Shown: positions 54,291-64,000 of the stretch, piece by piece
How the letters are laid out: every line of letters begins with the position of its first letter
How positions within the stretch are numbered: position 1 is the first letter of the stretch
Notes under the pieces: model-generated
What the model was told of the DNA's origin: nothing
The model's input: only the letters and a program-made list of their open reading frames with translations
The model's database searches: none
Program-made: the position numbers and the translations under genes
NCBI RefSeq assembly: GCF_009914755.1
Contig: NC_060927.1
DNA length: 64,000 nt
Reading direction: 5' to 3' (one strand)
Origin: the human T2T-CHM13v2.0 reference genome, Homo sapiens

Positions 54291-55423
54291 TCATGCCTAT
54301 AATCCTAGCATTTTGGGAGGCCAAAGTGGAAGGACTGCCTCAGGCCAGGAATTCAAGACCAGCCTGGACAATACAGCAAAACCCCATCTCTACAAAATAT
54401 CTGAAATTTAGCAGGGCATTGATGGCGTATGCCTGTAGTGTCAGCTACTCAGGACGATGAGGTGGGAGGACTGCTGGAGCCCACATCGAGCCACTGCACT
54501 CCAGCCTGGGGAAGAGAGCAAGACCCTGTCTCAAAAAAAAAAAAAAAAAAAAGTATCCACTACACCACTTCTCTTGGCCCAGCTCAAGCCCCACACCTAC
54601 CAGATCTTACCAGACTGAAACAGTCTCATCTGCCTAATTCTACAGTACCATACTGCCTGCCTTGAACCCACATTTAAACTATTATTACCTTTTCAACTTA
54701 TCATAAGATGAAGGGCTGCAAATCAAACCTCTTTTCATCTCAGCACTGGTAACAATGCATTTAGGGAGTCCTTTCCCTAAAGCAGTATCATCTTGCATAA
54801 ATATACCCAAGTAGAAGCAAATATTTTAGAACTTTTATAGATTTTTCTTAGGAGATTTTCCTTAGGAAAAGAGATCATACAAGCCTGGGCAACATGGTGA
54901 AACCCTGTCTCTACAAAAAAAAAAAAAAAAAAAAAAAAAAAACACACACACAAAAATAAGGCGAGCATGGTACCGCACGCCTACAGTCCCAACTAATTGA
55001 AAGGCTGAGGTGGGAGGACAGCTTAAGCCCAAGAGGTTGAGCTGCACTGAGCCGTGATCATGCCACCACATTCCAGCCTAGGCAACAGAACAAGACCCTG
55101 TCTCGAGAAAATTAAAAAAAAAAAAAAAAGTTAAGAAAATAGATCTGCTATCTATAGCTGAATTGTATCTACCAAGAAAATTACTAACTAAACACAGTTC
55201 TTCCTACCTGCATACTAGATAAATGTGCTCTAAAGAATTCTTCCCAGAGGCTGGGCGCAGTGGCTCACACCTGTAATCTCAGCACTTTGGGAGGCGGAGT
55301 CGGGCGGATCACGAGGTCAGGAGATCGAGACCATCCTGGCTAACACAGTGAAACCCCTTGTCTACTAAAAACACAAAAAATTAGCCGGGCGAGGTGGCGG
55401 GTGCCTGCAGTCCCAGCTACTCA

Positions 55424-55525
<102 letters not shown>

Positions 55526-55699
55526 TCAAAAAAAAAAAAAAAAAAGAATTCTTCCCAGATCAGAAAACAGGTAAACTAAGAAAAAACTGTTAAAATAGAC
55601 CCTGTTTTAACACCAATGTTTAACCTCTGACCAAAGAGCTATTCAAAAACAAACTCTACACAAATAAATGCGCTTTCATGGTTAATTTCTGAAACTTTA

Positions 55700-55939
<240 letters not shown>

Positions 55940-57071
55940 TTAAGTGCCTCTACTCAGCACTTGGCCAATAATTGTTGGTTTACTTGTCTTCCCAGTAACA
56001 CTGACCAATATATATGGGCCTGTGCCATGTGTCTTATTCATCTTTCTATCTTAGCATCTAGAACATCACAGGTGACCAATAAAGAAATAGTACAGCTACC
56101 GGGGCTCACACCTGTAATCCCAGCATTTTGGGAGACCCAGGCCAGATGAGTTCAAGACCAATCTAGACAACACAGCAAGGCCACATCTCTACAAAAAAAA
56201 TTTTTAAATTAGCCAACCACGTGTGGTGGCGCACACCTGTAGTGTTAGCTACTCTAGAGGCTAATGCCAGAGGACTGGAGTTGGAGGCTGCAGTGAACTA
56301 TGACTGCACCACTGCACTCCAGCCTGGGTGACAAAACAAGATTGTCTCAAAAAAAAAAAAAAAGGAAAATATTCATGTTCCCGAGTTTGACCATGATACT
56401 TTCCAAGTTATCTCCAAGAATAGTATTTTTCCATTTAACATGACCCTCCAATCCTAACAGGATTTTTGATTGTATACATCAGACTTGTTACATCATTTGA
56501 AGAGTTACAAGTTTAATGAAAACATAAAATCCTTAGGCCAAAACTTATCAAGTCTCATCTTATCAAAAGAAAAAAACAATTCTACTTTCTGATAAAGCAA
56601 GTCCAACATTTAGAACATGAGCGAGAAATCGACACTTAAAAATAGTACCCATAGTGATTTTTGTCTTGGTCAGTTTCTGTGGCCTAGAAAGTACAGTAAT
56701 TCTCTACAGCAAGGCTATCCCATTCACTAGAAGCTTCAGAAGGTTTAAATATACAAAGCAATTGAAAAACAAGCAGTGATAATCAGCTAATTAACATATC
56801 AAAGAACAGTAATAACAAAACTGTAACTGCAATGAATAATCTAGGTTTGACAATAATTGACCTGATAGTTTAGTCTCTTCCCTCACCTCCACCCACCATT
56901 GTCTACTGTGCAAAGGTGGGATATTAAGTACCTAATATGTGCCAGACACTGAATCTGTAGACTTGTTCTCATGGGTTCAAAAACTTTTTTCAGGCTGAGC
57001 ACGGTGGCTCACACCTGTAATCCCAGCACTTTGGAAGGCCAAGGCGGGCGGATCACAAGGTCAGGAGTTCA

Positions 57072-57296
<225 letters not shown>

Positions 57297-58110
57297 TCAG
57301 GCCAGGAGCCACAGTGGCTTACACCTGTAATGCCTGCACTTTGGGAGGCCAAGGCACAAGGATAGTTTGAGCCTAGGAGTTCAAGACCTGCCTGGGCAAC
57401 ACGGTAAGACCCTCTCCCTACAAAAACTTTAGCTGGGCATGATGGTACATGCCTGTAGTTCTAGCTAATTAGGAGGCTGAGGTGGAAGGACTGCATGAAT
57501 CCAGGAGTTTAAGGCTGCAGTGAGCTAGGATCGCACCACTGCACTCCAACCTGAGCAACATAGCAAGATCCTGTTTCAATAAAAAGTTTTTTCAAACCGC
57601 TTAAAAATAAGCCCACACATAACACAAATTTAGAGAAACAAACTTGAAGAAGATAAAGGCAATTGGCAAAAAGTTAAAGCAATGTGCCTACACAGTAAGT
57701 AAAAGCCAAATTTCAACCTAATTGCAAAGTTTGAAGGGCTTTTTCCCTCCCTCACCTCTTCCTCTGAGGCTGTCATAAACACCTACATGTAAGTCACCAG
57801 GCAGGAAAGAATGTGAAGCAGAAGAAATACAAAACTGTAAAAGAAAAAACAATGTCTTCCCTAAAAAGTTTATTATATGTATCAAGAAAATCAGACTGAT
57901 ACAAAATCTGCACTCAAAGGAGATATAAGTATCTTATGACTGGAACAAAGGTTTACAGAAGGTTTAGACAAGAAAGATAACTTTTTTATTTTTTTGAGCC
58001 GGAGTTTCACTCTGTTGCCCAGTCTGGAGTGCAGTGGTGCGATCTCGGCTCACTGCAACCTCTGCCTCCCAGGTTCAAGCAATGTCTGGAGATCGGCCTC
58101 AGCCTCCTGA

Positions 58111-58332
<222 letters not shown>

Positions 58333-60776
58333 TAGGCCTTTAGAAAAAAGTAGTGTTTTAGGCAGAAGAAAATTAAGAGAGCAAAGATAAAAAAAAAAAG
58401 AAAAAGATATAAAAAAGCATGTTTGAAAGGACAAAAATATCAATCCAGTTAAAAGAGAATTATGTAAAACCACAGTTGAATAAAAGGATGAAAAGGTAGT
58501 AGCGGGTCAAATCTACAGGACGTGTTGAAACAAATTCCCTAATTAAGCATTACAACAGAATTAAACTTCATTTTTACAAATGCATTATCTTCATGAAATA
58601 AGACTGCCCATCCACGAATTTGAATGCACTAATGCTTTTCAGCTAAGGAAAAAAGTCTAGTACATACCTGGTACAAAAATATGTCAATGCTGGGCTGAAT
58701 TCAAATAACTGATTTTTTTTCTATGTCTTTATAATCATAGACTTACGTCCAAAGAGATGGGAGGAAAAAAACCTGAACCTACATCCCTATTACTGAAACC
58801 ATGCCAGCTACTCAATCATAAGGGAGAAGCAGAACTCACGATCTTTTCCATAGGATGATGTGAAATAAGAAAGCCCTGTCAGAAAAATTCCCCTTGTGTT
58901 GCCAAGACTGACAAAAAATAAAAATAAAAAAGGCTCCAGTTGGACTTTTAAATGTAGTGGGTTTTTTTTATCTTTAATTCCATTATTTAAAGTCCAGGTT
59001 AGAACTTGGGAAAATGTTCAATTAGACCACCACTACCATCCGAAAGCTATTAATAGGAACTTAAAACCTCTGAGGTTCTTAACAGTTTTAGGATAGTGGT
59101 GGTCTGCACAACTCAAAACTACCATTTCCCACTTAAATTAGAGAGCTAAGTTTCACCCATCTAGTAAACAGGGGACCTACCAGATTCTACAAATGTTAAC
59201 TGATAATGACATCACTCTCAAATGCTGTTTCAGCAGGACAGAGTGGGCCCTTCCTCTTCCCCCTACCTCACCATAGTAGCACCCTACGGCCGGCACCAAA
59301 GGAAAAGAAAAAAAAAAGTATATGGAGAAGGAAGTTATGGCAGCTCCATTTCCTCAGTCCTCAAACCATCAAAATATGTGAGGACATTAAAAAAAAAAAG
59401 CACTCCATAAAAGTGGGAGTAGAGTGAGAGGTTACCATGAAACCAGGCAAACTCTTGATACACTTACATTTGTAAAACTTAAGCTGAAAGGAAACTGAAT
59501 CTAGCCGAAAATTATCATTTTACACATCAAGAAACTGAGGCCCAGGGCAGTTAGGTGATTTGCCCTGGGCGACTATTCCTCTAAGGTGTTAAGTGTCTGT
59601 CACCAGTCAGAGTAGCACTTAATGACTTACTCAGTTACTTAAATGTTTATGACCTTAAGTACCTGTCTTGCAAAAAACACCACCGCCACCTCTTCTGCAC
59701 CCATTCAGTGTCTTGCTTCAGGATCTAGATAGAGAATGCTGGATAAACCTCAAATGAATATTATTTCTCCCTTCAGCCACAACTGTCCCAAATTACTCTT
59801 CTTCCTTTATCTACTTTTAAATAAAGTGGAAACCTTAACGTGCCTGAATTTCCCAGGTTCTGACTAAACAAGTGGATCATCAAAACTTCAAAATTTAGGA
59901 TAGAATATTAAGTGGAGCATGCATATTACTGCTTTGGCAGTTGCCCTTTCTTTTGTATTAACGTTTCAGTCCAGGTTTTTCGAAAAGCAAGTAATTATTA
60001 CACACGCACAGTTAACATTCAAATTATCACTTTTGAGATATTTTCCTTAGACAATTTAGCATATCTCTTCTATCTTAAAAATTAAAGTATCCTACCCACC
60101 ACGAGTTAATTTTTTTTAACAAAAACATCTAAAATAACCCTCGACAAAGCCAAAGTATATTAAACCACAAAATGAAAAAGTGGTAAGTAAAAGTCTCACC
60201 AGCTAAAAAGCACTTCGAGTACCAACAGCCTTCCCCGGCTCGCTGTTAACCGTCAAACCGTCAAAGCATTTGTGGAGGAACCTGGGGCAAAGTTCCGCGC
60301 CGGGTTCTCCAGCTGTGGGTTCATCAGCTTAGCCCACCACTCCCACGTAACACCAGTTTGGGGAAATGCAAACACGCCACATGTGCCCACATGTGCATGT
60401 TTTGATCATGTTTAACCACTTTTAACCGCCGTAGGTACGTAATCAGCTCCCGCGGCAAAGGTTTAAGAAAAAAAAAAAAAAAGCCTTGTGCATGCATCTT
60501 ACCCCCACTTAAACCACCACCACCAGATGAACCGAGGCGAATTAAACCATTTTGAACGTTAACGCCGCTGCACAAAGCGGTATGAAAGGGTTCTCTGCCT
60601 TTCTGAAACGCCGGGCAAAAGTCCCTCGGCAAGTTTCAAAACTAATGACCGTACAGCGCTGCACAAATAACAAAAGCTTAATACCAACCACCAGGCCGTC
60701 AACCCGCTCACGTTACCACTGCCCAGAAGGCTTTTAAAAACAAGCATTGAAAAGGGAACAATAAAAAGCGTCTCAC

Positions 60777-60918
60777 CGCAAACACAGCACGAAAGGGACT
60801 GTCGGAAGTAAGGCAAGAGCCTGTTAATCTCAGTAAACGCCTTGGGGTCTCCGGGGTCGTAGTTGAGCACTAGGCGGCTCGCGGAAATGTAGAGAGCAGT
60901 AGCATTCACGGGGTTCAT
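60777..60918 (-). CDS. MSL2: MSL2 coding exon 1 (MNPVNATALYISASRLVLNYDPGDPKAFTEINRLLPYFRQSLSCCVC)
   Basis: ATG at 60918 in GCAATGA context, recognised MSL2 N-terminus, donor immediately after. Confidence 0.97.
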
Positions 60919-61099
60919 TGCAGACACTTCGACACCAATGGCTCCCGGTTGAAAAGAAATTCCGGATCCAACTTAGTAAGCAGCCAGGGAACGATGGCGA
61001 ATTTGCAACAATTCGGAAGAAATCAGAGCCGAACCATTGGCCAAACAAGTAACCAAAATCCGTGCAAGTTTGTGGAGCTGAAACAATCCTCCCACACAT
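60830..61099 (-). other. Upstream ORF (89 aa) overlapping the MSL2 start out of frame
   Basis: ATG at 61099, 181 nt upstream of the main ATG; open until TGA at 60832-60830. Confidence 0.55.
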
Positions 61100-61775
61100 G
61101 GGGCCTTGGCGCCCCTCCGTCCCTGAGACTTCCAGACCAAAAATATGAGAGAGAAACCAGCGTTCGAGTTCGTCCGGAGCGACCACAGAGCGCAGAACGC
61201 GGCGGCTTGGGCGCTCGGGGCGGGACTCGGAGCTCAGTCTAGCCCCGCGGCTCGGCAGGCGGCCTGCACTCGAGCTCCATCTCCGGACACGGAGGCGCCT
61301 CCTCAAGTCGAGCTGGCAGGCGCGGGAGCAGGCCCCGGCCCCGTCTGAGGCGCGGCACGCTTCTCCCGGGCTGCAGGGCCTCTTACTCCATCCCAGTACA
61401 GGGCGCGGAGGCGGCGGCGACGGCAAGGACGACGGTCGAGCAGCGGCTTCCCGGATCTAGTGCAAGACGCCGCGGCGGCGACGAAGGTTGATGTTGCGGC
61501 TGGCGGACGCCGCCGCCGCGCTCTCCATATCGGACGCGGGGCCCAGACTGCGCCCTGGCTCTCCGCCCCGTGGGTTGCAGCCCGCAGTTCCCCGAGGTGG
61601 CGAGGCGGGCGGGAGTCCTCAACCCGGAGGGGAAGGCCGGGGAGGAAGTGCGCGGGCCGCCGCCGGCGGGCGGGAGGAGGCGGGGGGCAAGCCCGGCCGG
61701 GCCGCGGCGGCGCCCCTCGCGCCTCAGTCGCACACTCCGGGGTCACCAGACTCAAGCGCCGCCCCCTCACTGCCC

Positions 61776-61786
61776 GGCCATTTTTT
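61776..61786 (-). promoter_or_regulatory. YY1-like site (AAAATGGCC)
   Basis: ggccatttttt matches the GCCATNTT core, in the position downstream of the inferred TSS. Confidence 0.5.
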
Positions 61787-62129
61787 CGGCGCCGCACACA
61801 CAGACGACTCCTCCGCCGAGCACGACGGCCGCCGCCGCCCTCAGCACTCCCCGGCCGCGGAAGGCAAGCGCTCACACCGCCAGGCCCCGCCGCCGCCCAG
61901 CGCACACAGCAAGGCCCCGCCGCAGGCCCCTCCCCCGTGCCTCGCCGCCCTCACCCCGACTCCACGCGCCACTCCAGCTCGGTAGGGCCCGGGCTGCTGC
62001 GGCCTTAATGGATCCCGCGGGCTGTGTGGCGCCTCAGGCCTCTGCTGGCGGCGACGACGACCGTTACCCCAACGGGCAAAGCCACTGTCATCCCCGAGAC
62101 TCCCCCGCCGCCGTCGTCGCTAGCGCTCG

Positions 62130-62398
62130 CACGCATGCGCAGAGCACACTCTCACCCCTCCCCCCTTTCCTCTCCCTTCGCTTCCCTTTTCCCTTGCTTC
62201 TCCTCTAACAACCCCCTCCACAGCCTCCCAGAGCTACCGGCTCACTCCACGCATGCGCAAGCTGCTACCTAGCTCCGCCGCCTTTCGCCCTTCCGCGTGC
62301 GCTTTGACCGCCCACCCAGAAAACCGGATAAACACATCAGCCTGCTCGCGCCAGTCCCTCACCGCTGCCAACCCACCCTGGGCTCACTGCGCATGCCT
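62130..62398. promoter_or_regulatory. Cluster of NRF1-type sites (GCGCATGCGC-like)
   Basis: acgcatgcgca at 62131 and 62249, cgcgtgcgc at 62294, tgcgcatgcct at 62388; typical of housekeeping/bidirectional promoters; suggests a TSS near 62.0-62.15 kb. Confidence 0.7.
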
Positions 62399-64000
62399 GG
62401 CTCTCCACTTCGACTCTCAGAATGGAGCATGCTCTCTGCGAGCCGACAGCTCTCTTCGCCCCTCCCCCACGTGCTCTCAAATTCCCTCTCCCAGGCATGT
62501 GGGCTGTGGTGAAACATTCGTTAGCTGGCACATCCTTCCCCAGTGTGGGCTGCAGGCTTCCCGCATTACACTGCTTCTGTGCCCGCCAACGCCGGGGCCC
62601 GACTTGGTAGCGCCATGTGGCGCTCTGCACTGGCCTGAACGCGGCCTCTCGTCCTGACTGACCGCGGTGTGAGGAAATAGCCGCGCCAGGCCCCAAGCCC
62701 CGCCCTCGCGGCCTTTCTCCTGGAACCGCTCATCCCGACCGCGGAAAGGGCGCAGCCTCGGCTGGCTGGCAGGCTCTCGCCGAGCCGGGAAGGCTGCAGT
62801 AGTCAACGTGGCTGCGCGCCCAGCAGGCGTGCGGACGGCTTTTGCCGGGTCGGGGCCGCGTTCCGCACCTCTCTGCGGTGGTTCGCAGTCAGAGGGCTCT
62901 AAGGCCCTGGCAGGCTGTATGTAAGCGTGGAGGCTCGAACCCACTGCCCCCTCCTACCCGTCGGACCCGCGCTGTTCCCACGGCCTCTGGCCCTTGGACT
63001 CGTGCGGCCTCACCTTCATGGGTGCCGATCAGGACTTCACCGAGCTCTCACCGGAACAGAGTCCTGTTTTAAAAACAAAACGAACTCCTTTTTTTTTTTT
63101 TTGAAAGACCTAGCTTTTTTAAAAGACCTAGCTCTTCTGTGTGAACAGATGTCTTGAAGAATGCGTGATCTTGCTCTAGAACAAACCCAAATCCTTGCAA
63201 ATGTTTTGTTTTTTAAAACAAGCTTTTGCCTTTTGTTTTTGCAGGAGATCAAGGGCACTGGGATATAAATAAACAAAAGCCTGACTTAGTAGATGACTTC
63301 CCTCCCATCTCAAAGTACAAAACCTTTTTTTGAGTAGCACAAATAGTAACAGGCCATAGGAAGCATTTCTTATCTCTGTACACACCAAAGCTCCTCAGCA
63401 TAATTTTTCATGCACAGTAGGTACTCTATACGTTTGCAAAGTGAAAATTATGATGCGTGTAAATCTATTGTGGCACATGTTACATATGTACACAGGCACG
63501 TATATGGAACATGTAAATGTGGTACGTGTTAGTTACAAGCTGCCACTTGAGGTGAGTAGGAATAGTTAAGATATCAAGGGAACACATATAATCTCGATTT
63601 ATAATTTCTATTACCATTTGAAGACAGGTTTTTTTTTCACAAGACCTACCATATTATCAACACTTAAATATTAAGCAGTAAGAATATAACTTCCTAATTT
63701 TGATTAGCTGTGCAAACTGTATTTGGTTGTCTTATACGTGGAAAATGACAAATATTCTAAAAGCCACTCTCATTTTTAAAAGCTCTCTTTTTTTTTTTTT
63801 TTTTGCATAAGAGATCTTTTCTAAGCTCTCCTTCAAATAAAATTGTTACACGGTTCTATTTTTACTCCAGACTCTAAGGTCTTCTCCCACAACACAGAGG
63901 TGGTTCTCCCCAAAAGGAGCAACACAGAGTAAAATAATCAGCACTGTTTTCCGTTAAGACAATAAATTAGCAGTCACCCTAAGCAAGTGATTACTTGCAG

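Larger units (their letters stand above)
60780..63060. promoter_or_regulatory. MSL2: CpG island spanning MSL2 promoter, 5' leader and exon 1
   Basis: Abrupt rise in GC and CpG content with GCC/CCG runs, compared with the AT-rich flanks. Confidence 0.93.

Noticed and set aside
61145-63157. Long Arg/Pro/Ala-rich ORFs on both strands (up to 212 aa)
   Set aside because: Expected from stop-codon scarcity in a CpG island; mostly non-ATG starts and no recognisable domain.

Overview
Primate (almost certainly human) genomic DNA, recognisable as the PPP2R3A/MSL2 locus (3q22). It contains the last intron, final coding exon and 3'UTR of PPP2R3A (+ strand). Facing it tail-to-tail about 1 kb away is the complete two-coding-exon MSL2 gene (- strand, 577 aa RING/CXC subunit of the MSL/KAT8 complex), with a ~42 kb intron and a CpG-island promoter at the right end. 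The intron holds roughly 55 Alus/monomers, a fragmented old L1, THE1/MST LTR pieces, MER DNA transposons and a 5'-truncated TDGF1/CRIPTO processed pseudogene. Nearly all other ORF-track entries are Alu or CpG-island artefacts. The most interesting unexplained structure is around the MSL2 5' end: up to 7 upstream AUGs (one an 89-aa Cys-rich ORF overlapping the start codon), many competing splice donors of which only one yields an intact RING, a PTC-introducing exon cluster, a strand-biased TTAA(A)CCR motif array, and two candidate deep-intronic truncating exons. Together they suggest a post-transcriptional dosage control reminiscent of fly msl-2. This is inference from sequence only. Repeat subfamily calls and edges are by eye and approximate.
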